Positions 1 through 10,626 of a stretch of DNA of 64,000 bases are shown piece after piece. The notes beneath the pieces are model-generated. The model was not told the origin of the DNA. It did no database searches and saw only the letters and a program-made list of their open reading frames with translations. The translations under genes were made by a program, and so were the position numbers. The number at the start of each line of letters is the position of its first letter. Position 1 is the stretch's first letter. Source of the DNA: an uncultured delta proteobacterium (GTDB taxonomy: Bacteria > Myxococcota_A > Polyangia > Haliangiales > Haliangiaceae); assembly GCA_963848295.1 (NCBI GenBank), contig CAWKDB010000002.1, forward strand, positions 352,001 to 416,000. Direction: 5' to 3'.

Positions 1-24
1 GTGGTGAAGGCCGAAGGGAGATAG
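1..24 (+). CDS. 3' end of upstream gene, probably pyruvate dehydrogenase E1 alpha (partial)
   Basis: Open frame VVKAEGR-TAG ending 3 nt before pdhB; identity inferred from synteny only. Confidence 0.4.
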   Translation: MVKAEGR

Positions 25-27
25 CCC

Positions 28-1011
28 GTGGCGGTCATCAGCTATCGAGAGGCGCTCAATCAAGCGATGCGCGAGGAGATGGAGCGCGACGAGAGCGTGT
101 TCATCATGGGCGAAGAGGTCGGCCACTACAACGGCGCGTACAAAGTGACCCAAGGCTTGCTCCAGCGGTTCAGCGAGCGCCGCATCATCGACGCACCGAT
201 CGCGGAGATGGGGTTCGCCGGCATCGGCGTCGGCGCCGCGATGGTCGGCTTGCGGCCGATCATCGAGTTCATGACCTTCAACTTCTCGCTCGTCGCGATC
301 GATCAGATCGTGAACAATGCGGCGAAGATCTTTCAGATGAGCGGCGGGCAATACAACGTGCCGATCGTGTTCCGCGGTCCGGGTGGCCCGGCGGTGCAAG
401 TCGGCTCGCAGCACAGCCAAGCACTCGAGAGCCTGTACGCGCACATCCCGGGCTTGAAGGTCGTGATGCCGTCCACCGCCTACGACGCGAAGGGTCTGTT
501 GAAGACCGCGATTCGCGATGACAACCCGGTCGTGTTCATCGAGGGCGAGACGCTCTACAACACGACGTGGGAAGTGCCCGACGGCGGTGAGCACCTGATC
601 GCGATCGGCAAGGCCGACATCAAGCGCGAAGGCAAGGACATCACGTTGATCGCGTGGTCGAAGATGGTGTGGACGTGCCTCGAAGCGGCGAAGTTGCTCG
701 CGGCCGACGGCATCGAGGCCGAGGTCGTCGATCCGCGCACGTTGCGCCCGCTCGATGTCGAGACCCTCGCGGCGAGCGTTCAGAAGACCGGGCGCTGCGT
801 GATCGTCGAGATCGGCTGGCCGGTCGCCGGGTTCGGCGCCGAGGTCGCGTATCAGATCCAGCGCCACTGCATGGACGCGCTCGACGCGCCGATCGAACGC
901 GTCACGAGCGATGACGTGCCGATGCCGTACGCCAAGAACCTCGAGGATGAGGTTCAGCCCCAGCCCGCGGATGTCGTCGCCGCGGTTCGCCGCGCGTTGT
1001 ACTTGGATTAG
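28..1011 (+). CDS. pdhB: Pyruvate dehydrogenase E1 beta subunit
   Basis: MGEEVG..GAYKVT, PIAEMGFAG, EFMTFNFS, HSQ, DPRTLRPLD, PMPYA motifs. Confidence 0.96.
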   Translation: MAVISYREALNQAMREEMERDESVFIMGEEVGHYNGAYKVTQGLLQRFSERRIIDAPIAEMGFAGIGVGAAMVGLRPIIEFMTFNFSLVAIDQIVNNAAKIFQMSGGQYNVPIVFRGPGGPAVQVGSQHSQALESLYAHIPGLKVVMPSTAYDAKGLLKTAIRDDNPVVFIEGETLYNTTWEVPDGGEHLIAIGKADIKREGKDITLIAWSKMVWTCLEAAKLLAADGIEAEVVDPRTLRPLDVETLAASVQKTGRCVIVEIGWPVAGFGAEVAYQIQRHCMDALDAPIERVTSDDVPMPYAKNLEDEVQPQPADVVAAVRRALYLD

Positions 1012-1013
1012 CC

Positions 1014-2417
1014 ATGGCCCAGATCTTAGGACTGCCGAAACTGTCGCCGACGATGGAAGAAGGCGTGCTCGTGCGCTGGACCAAGCACGAGGGCGACAAG
1101 GTCGCGCCCGGCGACTTGATCGCCGAGGTCGAGACCGACAAAGCGAACATGGACTTCAACGTCGAAGACGAGGGCGTGTTGTTGAAGCTGCTCGTCAAGG
1201 AAGGCGACACGGTCAAGCTCGGCGCGCCGGTCGCGATCATCGGCAAGGCCGGAGAAGACGTTTCGGCCCTCGTCGCGGAAGCGGCGAAGCAGGGTGGCGG
1301 AGCGGCGGCCCCGGCTGGGAAAGCGGCACCGGCGGCGGCGGCGGCTCCGGCGGCGGCGAAACCGGTAGCGGCGCCGAAACCGGCAGCGGCGCCGGCACCC
1401 GCACCGGCGGCGAAAGCGGCACCGGGTCCGGCAGCGAAATCGCCTACGCCTACGCCTACGCCTACGCCTAAGTTGCTGGCATCGCCGCTGGCGAAGACGC
1501 TGGCGATCGAGCTGGGAATCGATCTGCGCACGATCACTGGCAGTGGACCGGGCGGGCGCATCGTCGAGCGCGATGTCAAAGCCGCCGCCGGCGGAACGAA
1601 TGGCAAGGCGCAGGACGAAGCGAGCGGCGACGCGAGCGATGATACCGAGCCGACGCACCCGACCAACGCACTCGCGGTGCGCAGCGCGCGCCAGATGCGA
1701 CCGGAGAGCGACGACGACTACACCGACGTCGTCGCCTCGAACATGCGCAAGCGGATCGCGATGCGGCTGACCGAGGCCAAGCGCGATGTTCCGCACTTCT
1801 ACTTGATGCGCCAGCTCGATGCCGCGCCGATGCTCGGGTTTCGCGAGCGACTCAACGCGCTGCTCGGCGACCGAGGTAAAGTCTCGGTCAACGACCTCGC
1901 GATCAAGGCGGTCGCGCTCGCGCTGCGTCGCGTGCCGGAGTGCAACGCGAGCTGGGAGCCCGGCGATGGCACCGGACCGGCGGCGATTCGCCATCATCAT
2001 CGCGTCAACATCGGCGTTGCGGTCGCGATCGAAGATGGGCTCGTCACGCCGGTCGTGTTCGACGCCGATCAAAAAGGCATCGGCTCGATCGCCGCCGAGG
2101 TTCGCGACCTCGCCGAGCGCGCGAAGTCGCGACGGCTCAAGGGCCACGAGATCACCGGCTCCACGTTCTCGGTGTCGAACCTCGGGATGTTCGGCATCGA
2201 GCGATTCACCGCGATCATCAACCCGCCCGAGGGCGGCATCCTCGCGATCGGCACCGTCGTCGACACGCCGGTCGTCGCGAACGGCCAGGTCGTCGCCGGC
2301 AAACGGCTGACCGTCACGATGTCGTGCGACCACCGCGTGATCGATGGCGCGCTCGGGGCGCGTTGGCTCGCCGCGTTCGTCGACTTGATCGAGCACCCCG
2401 AGTCGCTCGCGCTGTGA
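1014..2417 (+). CDS. pdhC: Dihydrolipoamide acetyltransferase (PDH E2)
   Basis: Lipoyl domain (ETDKAN), Ala/Pro linker, E3-binding GSGPGGRI, catalytic DHRVIDG. Confidence 0.96.
   Translation: MAQILGLPKLSPTMEEGVLVRWTKHEGDKVAPGDLIAEVETDKANMDFNVEDEGVLLKLLVKEGDTVKLGAPVAIIGKAGEDVSALVAEAAKQGGGAAAPAGKAAPAAAAAPAAAKPVAAPKPAAAPAPAPAAKAAPGPAAKSPTPTPTPTPKLLASPLAKTLAIELGIDLRTITGSGPGGRIVERDVKAAAGGTNGKAQDEASGDASDDTEPTHPTNALAVRSARQMRPESDDDYTDVVASNMRKRIAMRLTEAKRDVPHFYLMRQLDAAPMLGFRERLNALLGDRGKVSVNDLAIKAVALALRRVPECNASWEPGDGTGPAAIRHHHRVNIGVAVAIEDGLVTPVVFDADQKGIGSIAAEVRDLAERAKSRRLKGHEITGSTFSVSNLGMFGIERFTAIINPPEGGILAIGTVVDTPVVANGQVVAGKRLTVTMSCDHRVIDGALGARWLAAFVDLIEHPESLAL
1443..1470 (+). repeat. (CCTACG)n hexamer repeat encoding a PTPTPT linker in E2
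   Basis: cctacg x4 plus ccta, read directly. Confidence 0.85.
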
Positions 2418-3817
2418 GTGACGACGCGCCATACGACGTCGTCGTCATCGGGTCGGGCCCGGGCGGCTACGTCGCCGCGATCCGCTGCGCGCAGCTCGGC
2501 TTGCGCACCGCCTGCGTCGAGCGCGCCGAGCTCGGCGGCATCTGCCTGAACTGGGGCTGCATCCCGACCAAGGCGCTGCTCAAGAGCGCCGAGATCCTCG
2601 ACCACGCCCGGCGCGCGGCCGAGTTCGGTATCGTGATCGACAGCGCGCGCCCCGACTTTCCGGCGATCATCAAGCGCAGCCGCGACATCGCCGACAAGAT
2701 CAGCAAGGGCGTCGGCTTTCTGTTTCGCAAGAACAAGATCGACACGATCGTCGGCACCGCGAAGCTGCTGCCGCGCACGCAGACGTGGAAGCCGCACCAG
2801 CTGCAAGTCGGCGACCGCACGGTCGAGGCCAAGCACGTCATCATCGCGACCGGCGCGCGCGCGAGGTCGCTGCCGGGCATCGAGCTCGATGGCGAACGGA
2901 TCGTCGAGTACCGCAAGGCGATGACGCTGCCGACGCTGCCGAAGTCGCTCGTCGTGCTCGGTTCCGGCGCGATCGGCGTCGAGTTCGCGTCGTTCTATCG
3001 CTCGCTCGGCACCGAGGTCACGATCGTCGAGTTCCTGCCTCGGCTCGTGCCGAACGAGGACGCCGAGGTCTCGAAGGAGCTCGCGCGCGCGTTCGACAAG
3101 CGCGGCATCAAGGCGCTGGTCGGTCACAAGCTGACCGCCGCGACGCGCACCGGCGGCGGCGTCACGGTCACCGCCGAGCCCGCGCAAGGCGGCGCCGCGG
3201 TCACGCTCACCGCCGACGTGCTGCTCGTCGCGGTCGGCATCCAGGCGAACATCGAGAACCTCGGGCTCGACGCACACGGCATCGCGCTCGAGCGCGGCTT
3301 CATCAAGGTCGACGCCAACTGCAACTGCGGCGAAGGCCTGTGGGCGATCGGCGATGTCGCCGGCCGCGGCTTGGCCCACGTCGCATCCGCCGAGGGCGTG
3401 TTCGTGGCCGAGAAGATCGCCGGCGTTCACGCCGAGCCGGTTCACTACGAGTCGATTCCGGCGTGCACGTACTGTCACCCGGAGATCGCGTCGCTCGGGC
3501 TGACCGAGGACAAGGCGAAGGCGCAGGACATCCCGGTCAAGGTCGGCCGGTTTCCGTGGCGCCCCCTCGGCCGCGCGATGGCCTCGGGCGAGACCACCGG
3601 CTTCGTCAAGGTCATGTGGCACGCCGAGACCGGCGCGCTCGTCGGTGCGCACCTGATCGGGCCCGCGGTCACCGACTTGATCGCCGAGCTCACGCTCGCG
3701 AAGACGACCGAGGTCAACGCAGAGTCGCTGATGTACACGATCCACGCGCATCCGACGTTCGCCGAGGCGATCAAGGGTGCGACCGAGCAGGCGTACGGCA
3801 TCGCGATCGACTTGTAA
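2414..3817 (+). CDS. lpdA: Dihydrolipoyl dehydrogenase (E3)
   Basis: GSGPGGY, GGICLNWGCIPTK redox disulfide, GSGAIG, HAHPTFAE; GTG start overlaps the pdhC stop (GTGA). Confidence 0.96.
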   Translation: MSDDAPYDVVVIGSGPGGYVAAIRCAQLGLRTACVERAELGGICLNWGCIPTKALLKSAEILDHARRAAEFGIVIDSARPDFPAIIKRSRDIADKISKGVGFLFRKNKIDTIVGTAKLLPRTQTWKPHQLQVGDRTVEAKHVIIATGARARSLPGIELDGERIVEYRKAMTLPTLPKSLVVLGSGAIGVEFASFYRSLGTEVTIVEFLPRLVPNEDAEVSKELARAFDKRGIKALVGHKLTAATRTGGGVTVTAEPAQGGAAVTLTADVLLVAVGIQANIENLGLDAHGIALERGFIKVDANCNCGEGLWAIGDVAGRGLAHVASAEGVFVAEKIAGVHAEPVHYESIPACTYCHPEIASLGLTEDKAKAQDIPVKVGRFPWRPLGRAMASGETTGFVKVMWHAETGALVGAHLIGPAVTDLIAELTLAKTTEVNAESLMYTIHAHPTFAEAIKGATEQAYGIAIDL

Positions 3818-3862
3818 CGTCGCGCCGCGCCAACCGGCGAGGCGACGTGGCACGATGGATCG

Positions 3863-5599
3863 GTGGGTCGCATCGCCATCGCGTCGTGGGTGATCGCTGG
3901 TGTGATGCTCGTCGCTGCCGGCTGCGGTGGCACGCCGACCTGCAGCGGCGCCGGGGTCGCGTGCGCCGGCTCGTGCGTCGACTTGACGCTCGATCATGGC
4001 AACTGCGGGGCGTGCGGCAACGCGTGCGCCGACGGCGACTACTGCAGCGTCGGCGCGTGCGCCGCGAACTGCCTCGCGGGCTTGACCGCCTGCAACGGCG
4101 AGTGCGTCGACGAGACCGGCGATCACGACAACTGCGGCGCCTGCGGTAACGCGTGCGCGACCGGCGAGGTGTGCTCCGACAGCGCGTGCTCGACGAGCTG
4201 CGGGTCGTTGACCGAGTGCACTGATCACTGCTCCGACACGCAGACCAGCAACGACGACTGCGGTACGTGCGGCAACGCGTGCCCGCGCGGCGAGTTCTGC
4301 TCCGCCGGCGCGTGCACGTCGTCGAACATCAAGCACGTCGTGCTGATCGTCGAGGAGAACCACACGTTCGAGAACTACTTCGGTAACTACTGCAAGGCCG
4401 CCGCCGGCTCGAGCCCGAGCTGCACCGCCGGGCCCGAGTGCTGCGAGGCGGCGCCGGCGACGGATCCCTCGGGTGCCGCGCCGATCGTGCTCGACGACGC
4501 GAGCAACGAGATCTACGACCGCGATCACGACGAGGTCTGCGAGGTCGCGCAGATCGACGGCGGCGCGATGGATCACTACGTCGTCGGTTCGGGCGTGGTC
4601 ACGCCGTTCCCCGAGTCGGTCTACACCTACGACTGCTCCGATCCGAACAACTGGGCGGTCGCCGCCGCGACCAGCGTGCAGGCGTACTGGACCTACGCCG
4701 ATCAGTTCGCGCTCGCCGACCGCTACTTCCAGCCGACCGTCGGCAGTACGTCGTCAAACGACATGTACCTCGCGGTCGCGCAGTGGCAGTTCGTCGACAA
4801 CACCGATCGCCCGTTCACGATCGGCAGCGGTTGCCTCGGGCCGGGCGGCCAACCGACGGTGTTCGGCGATGTCGCGACCGTCGCCGACGTGCTCGTGGGC
4901 ATGGGCTTCTCGTTCAAGATGTACGCCGATGGCTACGCCGACGCGGTCGCCTCCGCCCCGATGTGCGCGTCGGCGGTCGGCACGTTCCCGGCCGACTGCG
5001 AAGCGACCGAGATGACGTCGGCGTACAGCACGTGCAACTACGATCCGTCGGACCTGCCGTTCAACTACTACAAGCAGTGGGGCGATAATGCGATGTCCCT
5101 CGTCGACTTCTCGCAGTTCGCGACCGACGTCGCGGCGAATCAGCTGCCGAGCTTTTCGTACCTCAAAGCGCGGACGTATCGCAACGAGCACCCGAAGTGG
5201 TCGACGCTCGCGCGCGGCGTGTCGTTCGTCACCGGCGTCGTCGACATGCTCCAGAGCTCGAGCTACGCGAACGACACGTTGATCTTGCTCGTGTGGGACG
5301 AAGGCGGCGGGTTCTACGACCACGTGCCACCTCCACCCGCGGTCGCGACCCGCTACGACGCCGACTCCGCCGGCAACGCGATCCCGTACGGCACGCGCGT
5401 GCCGATGCTCGCGCTCGGCCCGTTCGCGAAGCCCGGCGAGGTGTCGCACGAGCCGATGGAACACTCGTCGATCGTGCGCTTCCTCGAGTACAACTTCCTC
5501 GGGCCGCGCTACGCCGGCGCGCTCGGCCACCGCGACGCGGTCGTCAATAACATCGGCAGCCTGCTCGACCCCGCGCAAACCGGCATCGTCGTGCCGTGA
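3863..5599 (+). CDS. Lipoprotein: three Cys-rich repeats plus phosphoesterase (AcpA/phospholipase C family) domain
   Basis: Lipobox AAGC; repeats C.D...D..NCG.CGNAC; IKHVVLIVEENHTF, LADRYF, NEHP, WDEGGGFYDHV, YGTRVP, EHSSI. Confidence 0.85.
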   Translation: MGRIAIASWVIAGVMLVAAGCGGTPTCSGAGVACAGSCVDLTLDHGNCGACGNACADGDYCSVGACAANCLAGLTACNGECVDETGDHDNCGACGNACATGEVCSDSACSTSCGSLTECTDHCSDTQTSNDDCGTCGNACPRGEFCSAGACTSSNIKHVVLIVEENHTFENYFGNYCKAAAGSSPSCTAGPECCEAAPATDPSGAAPIVLDDASNEIYDRDHDEVCEVAQIDGGAMDHYVVGSGVVTPFPESVYTYDCSDPNNWAVAAATSVQAYWTYADQFALADRYFQPTVGSTSSNDMYLAVAQWQFVDNTDRPFTIGSGCLGPGGQPTVFGDVATVADVLVGMGFSFKMYADGYADAVASAPMCASAVGTFPADCEATEMTSAYSTCNYDPSDLPFNYYKQWGDNAMSLVDFSQFATDVAANQLPSFSYLKARTYRNEHPKWSTLARGVSFVTGVVDMLQSSSYANDTLILLVWDEGGGFYDHVPPPPAVATRYDADSAGNAIPYGTRVPMLALGPFAKPGEVSHEPMEHSSIVRFLEYNFLGPRYAGALGHRDAVVNNIGSLLDPAQTGIVVP

Positions 5600-5638
5600 C
5601 GGTCGCCTTTGCGAGCGCCGTGCGGTATCCATCGTGAG

Positions 5639-6552
<914 letters not shown>

Positions 6553-6556
<4 letters not shown>

Positions 6557-6960
6557 TCGAGCTCGTCCGAGCATCGCTCGCCGACGTTGCGTTCGCGCGC
6601 GAGCTGTTCGAGCTGACGGCGGACGCCGCGAGCTTCGCGACCGAGCTCGTGCTCGACGACGCCGAGCTCGTCGTCGCGGCGGGCCAGCGCGTCGGCTGGG
6701 TGCAGAGCTCGGTGCACGGCAACGCAATCCATCTCGCGCAACTCCACATCGCACCGGCGTGGCGCGGCCGCGGCATCGGGCGCGCCGTCGTCGACCGCGT
6801 GATCGAGCGTGCGCACACCGCCCAGCGCGATGTCACGCTCGCGGTGCACGCCGCGAGCCCGGCGCGCCGGCTGTACGAGCGCCTCGGGTTTCAGCTCGAT
6901 GTCGCGACCGCGCCGTCCGGCGACACGATCTACCTGCGGCGTCAGCGGACGAGCGTGTAG
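6553..6960 (+). CDS. GNAT family N-acetyltransferase
   Basis: ATGA overlap with lipA; LHIAPAWRGRGIGRA and ARRLYERLGF motifs. Confidence 0.85.
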
Positions 6961-7685
6961 ACCAGCCTGGCGATCAACCCACCCGAGACGACGAGCACCG
7001 CGATGCGCACGACCCGCGTCCCCCCGGACATCGCGAACCGCGCGCCGATCGTGCCGCCGACGAGCTGAGCGACCGCCATCGCGAGCGAGGCCTCCCAGAT
7101 GATCACGCCCTGACGAGCGAACGTCGCAAACGCCGCGAGGTTCGCGGCAAAGTTGACGACCTTCGCGTCGGCGCTCGCGTCGACCAGGTTGCGCCCGCAT
7201 AGCGCGACGAACCCGACGATCAGGAACGTGCCGGTCCCGGGGCCGAAGAACCCGTCGTACGCCCCGATCACGACCGCGAGCACCGCCGCGGCCCAGGCGC
7301 GCTTCGGGGTCGCCGGATCGCCGCTCGGCTTCTTGACGACGACGAGCACCGCGGCGCCGACCAGCAACGCGATGATGATCGGATCGAGCGTCCTGGCCGG
7401 GATCGCGAGCACGAGGTTGACGCCGACGAGCGATCCGGCGAAGCCGAGCGGGAACGCGTAGAGCGCTTGCTTGCGATCGACGCGCCCGGCGCGCCAGAAC
7501 GCGAGCAACGCCGCGCCCGAGCCCCACACCGACTGGCCCTTGTTCGTCCCGAGCGCGACGTGGGGCGGCAGACCGGCCGCGAGCAACGCCGGCACCGTGA
7601 CGAGGCCGCCGCCGCCGGCGATAGCATCGACCGTGCCCGCGAACAGCGCGGCCACGGCGAGCAGCGCGATCGTCGCGGGAGGCAT
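6942..7685 (-). CDS. TSUP (TauE/SafE) family membrane transporter
   Basis: DAIAGGGGL, ALGTNK, YDGFFGPGTGTFL; multiple TM helices. Confidence 0.9.
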   Translation of the reverse strand: MPPATIALLAVAALFAGTVDAIAGGGGLVTVPALLAAGLPPHVALGTNKGQSVWGSGAALLAFWRAGRVDRKQALYAFPLGFAGSLVGVNLVLAIPARTLDPIIIALLVGAAVLVVVKKPSGDPATPKRAWAAAVLAVVIGAYDGFFGPGTGTFLIVGFVALCGRNLVDASADAKVVNFAANLAAFATFARQGVIIWEASLAMAVAQLVGGTIGARFAMSGGTRVVRIAVLVVSGGLIARLVYTLVR

Positions 7686-7714
7686 CGCGCCACCTTACAT
7701 CGTAGACTGAAGAG

Positions 7715-8635
7715 ATGGAGCTAACCGTCGTCGGCGCCGGCGTGATCGGCCTGACGACCGCGCAGGTGCTCGAGCAGCGCGGCCATCGCGTCTCGATCGT
7801 CGCGGCGGCGCAGCGCGGCGGCACGACGTCGGCGATCGCTGGTGCGGTGTGGTTTCCGTATCGCGTCGGGCCGCGGGAGAAGGTGGCGTTGTGGGCCGCA
7901 CGCACGCGCGAGTGGCTGAGCGAGATCGCGGCGTCGACGCCCGAGGCGGGCGTGGACATGCTGACCGGCTTCGAGGTCGTGCCGAGCGACGAGCGACCCT
8001 GGTGGGCCCTCGGCGACGACGTGCGACGCGTCCCTGCGCCGATGACCGGCGCGCCGATGGCATGGCAGTTCTCCGCGCCGCGCTGCGAGCCGGCGCTGTT
8101 CTTGCCGTGGCTCGAAGGCCAGCTGCGCGCGACGATCACGCGCAAGGTCGTCGGCGATCTCGCCGCCGAGCCGGGCGACGTCGTCATCAACTGCACCGGG
8201 CTCGGCGCGCGCGCACTGTGCGACGACGAGGCGCTCGTGCCGTTGCTCGGCCAAGTCCTGATCGCCGAGCCAGGCGAGTTCGATCTCGCGACCACCGTCA
8301 CCGACGACCGCGCCGCCGACGAGATCTTCTACGTGATCCCGCGCCGTGGCGAGCTCGTCGTCGGCGGCATCTCGCGGCTGGTACCGCATGGCGTCGCGCC
8401 GCAAGTCGATCCTGCGATCACGCATCGCGTGCTCGCCCAAGCGCGCGAGCTCGGCGTCGCGATCGGCGCGGTGCGCGACGTGCGCGTCGGGCTGCGGCCA
8501 TTTCGCCCCGAAGTCCGGCTCGAGCGCGACGCCGCGAATCCGCGCATCATCCACAACTACGGCCACGGCGGCGCCGGCTTCACGCTGTGCCGCGGCTGCG
8601 CCGAGCAGGTCGCCGTGCTGATCGGGCCGCCGTGA
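7715..8635 (+). CDS. FAD-dependent D-amino acid oxidase family protein
   Basis: GAGVIGLTTA, VINCTGLGA, GLRP.R, HNYGHGGAG. Confidence 0.9.
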   Translation: MELTVVGAGVIGLTTAQVLEQRGHRVSIVAAAQRGGTTSAIAGAVWFPYRVGPREKVALWAARTREWLSEIAASTPEAGVDMLTGFEVVPSDERPWWALGDDVRRVPAPMTGAPMAWQFSAPRCEPALFLPWLEGQLRATITRKVVGDLAAEPGDVVINCTGLGARALCDDEALVPLLGQVLIAEPGEFDLATTVTDDRAADEIFYVIPRRGELVVGGISRLVPHGVAPQVDPAITHRVLAQARELGVAIGAVRDVRVGLRPFRPEVRLERDAANPRIIHNYGHGGAGFTLCRGCAEQVAVLIGPP

Positions 8636-8686
8636 ACATCGAGATGTAACACCCGCACGCGGTGGCTTCGCATAGCGTTCGCGGCC

Positions 8687-9058
8687 ATGAAGAGACTCGC
8701 ATTCGCGTTCTTGGCGTTCACCGGCTGCGGCGGATATCACTACGACCTCGCGATGACCGGCACGGCGCCCACCGCGCCGAGCGCTGCGACGTGCGACTTC
8801 AAGGTCGTCGGCCTGCCGCCACAAGTACCGTTCGACGAGGTCGCCACCCTCACCCCAGAAGTCACCATGTTCGGCGCAAAAGCCGCGAGAGATCCATTGA
8901 AGTTTAAGAGCGCCGTCCACGACGCTGTCTGCAAGGTCGGCGGCGACGTCGTGGTGACCGAGGTCAACGGCCAAGGTGTGTACGTCCGCGGCACCGTGTT
9001 GCGGCTCAAGCAAGCTGCCGCGATCACCGCCGACGTACCCGCGGGTCCGCAGATCTAA
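8687..9058 (+). CDS. Small hypothetical lipoprotein
   Basis: Lipobox FTGC; two further Cys; host-like codon usage. Confidence 0.7.
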   Translation: MKRLAFAFLAFTGCGGYHYDLAMTGTAPTAPSAATCDFKVVGLPPQVPFDEVATLTPEVTMFGAKAARDPLKFKSAVHDAVCKVGGDVVVTEVNGQGVYVRGTVLRLKQAAAITADVPAGPQI

Positions 9059-9068
9059 GCGCTGCTCG

Positions 9069-10487
9069 CTACTTGTGGATGATGCCGCTGTAGTACAGCG
9101 CGACGAACGCGCCGCCGGCGACGAGCAACGCGACGATCGCGTACAGCAGCGCGTTCGACTTCGGCCGATTGCGCGCCACGAGATCCTTGCCGACGACCGG
9201 CGTGTCGAGCCGCGGCGTCTGGTTGGCGTCGGCCTCGGCCTTGTCCGGTTTGGTCTTCGCCTTGCCGGGCGGCTTGGGTTGCGCGACCACGCCGCGCGAC
9301 GTCGCATCGCCCTTCGGCTTGAGATCGTCGCGGACGTGCAGCCGCGTCGGATCGTCGTCGCCGTCGCGCGTCTTGGTCGCCGCGATCACGACGTTCTTGC
9401 CCTTCGCCTTCTCGGGCATCTTCGCATCGATCGCGGTCATCTCTTGCGATTCGCTGAACTGCTGCGCCGACGACCGCGCGACGCCGCCCCGCGGCTCGTG
9501 CATCCGCGGCGGCACCTTGTCGTGCGGTGTCTCCTCCATCGCGAGCACCGACGGGTGGACCAGGCCCTCGGTCAGGCAGCGATCCCACGCCTCGCGCAGC
9601 TGTTGCTCGGCTTCCGACGCATCGCGGAAGCGCGACTTGTCCGACGGCTGGAGCGCGGTCATCGCGACCGTCGCGAGCGGCTCGGGGATCGAAGGATCAT
9701 GGCGGGTCGGCGGCGGCGCGTTGCCTTGCACGACGTAGCTGTTCGTCGTCTTGGTGTCGGGACCCTCGTACGGAATCCGTCCCGACAACAGCTCGTACAT
9801 CACCGCGCCCCACGCGAACACGTCGGCCTGCGGCGTGTACCGCCCCTCGCGGATCGCCTCGGGCGGCGAGTATCCCGGCGTCCCCATGAAGATGCCGACC
9901 TGGGTCAGATCGCTATCGGGCAGCCGCGCGATGCCGAAATCGGCGAGCTTCCAGCGGTTGTCGCCGGCGTGGAGCACGTTCGCGGGCTTGACGTCGCGGT
10001 GGACGATGCGCTGGCGATGCGCGAACGCCAGCGCGGACGACAGGTCGAGCCCGATCTGGACGCAGCGCGCGAGCGGCAGCCGGACGCGATCGAGCCGATC
10101 GGCGAGCGACTCGCCCGGCAGGTACTCGAGCACCATGAACGGCGCGCCGGTGTCCTCGTCGACGCCGACATCGAAGATCGTGACGATCGCCGGATGCGAC
10201 ATCTTCGCGGCGGCCTTGGCCTCGCGTTGGAACCGCTCGAGGAACGCCGAGCGCACGCGCCGCCCCTGCTGCTGCGGCGACATGATCGTCTTGACCGCGA
10301 CCGTGCGATCGAGCAGCGGATCGCGTGCCTTGTACACGACGCCCATCGCGCCTTTGCCGATGGTCTTGATCACCTCGTACCGACCGATCGACTGGCGGCC
10401 CTCTTCGCCAACGAGGCCCATGCCCGGTGGCGCTTCGGCCTTCAGTCGCGTGTTGGTACGCGGGCGAGCTTGGACGTCGTCCGACAT
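9069..10487 (-). CDS. Hanks-type Ser/Thr protein kinase with C-terminal TM helix
   Basis: IGKGAMGVVY, VAVK, HRDVKPAN, DFG, GTPGYSPPE; C-terminal hydrophobic segment. Confidence 0.95.
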   Translation of the reverse strand: MSDDVQARPRTNTRLKAEAPPGMGLVGEEGRQSIGRYEVIKTIGKGAMGVVYKARDPLLDRTVAVKTIMSPQQQGRRVRSAFLERFQREAKAAAKMSHPAIVTIFDVGVDEDTGAPFMVLEYLPGESLADRLDRVRLPLARCVQIGLDLSSALAFAHRQRIVHRDVKPANVLHAGDNRWKLADFGIARLPDSDLTQVGIFMGTPGYSPPEAIREGRYTPQADVFAWGAVMYELLSGRIPYEGPDTKTTNSYVVQGNAPPPTRHDPSIPEPLATVAMTALQPSDKSRFRDASEAEQQLREAWDRCLTEGLVHPSVLAMEETPHDKVPPRMHEPRGGVARSSAQQFSESQEMTAIDAKMPEKAKGKNVVIAATKTRDGDDDPTRLHVRDDLKPKGDATSRGVVAQPKPPGKAKTKPDKAEADANQTPRLDTPVVGKDLVARNRPKSNALLYAIVALLVAGGAFVALYYSGIIHK

Positions 10488-10626
10488 CGACCCACAGGAA
10501 TGCTAACACGCCGGCAACGATCGCGGAAAAAACCGGCCCCGAGTCGGTCAATTGCTCGGCTGTCCGGCGAAGCAAGGACGGCCGACTCCCTACGACGAGG
10601 GGCCCCCGGAACGGGGCGGTTCTGCG

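Noticed and set aside
1940..2413. N-terminal extensions of track ORFs (lpdA, GNAT, gltC-like, ABC1, paralog A)
   Set aside because: They overlap upstream genes out of frame; coupled starts at the upstream stop codons fit better
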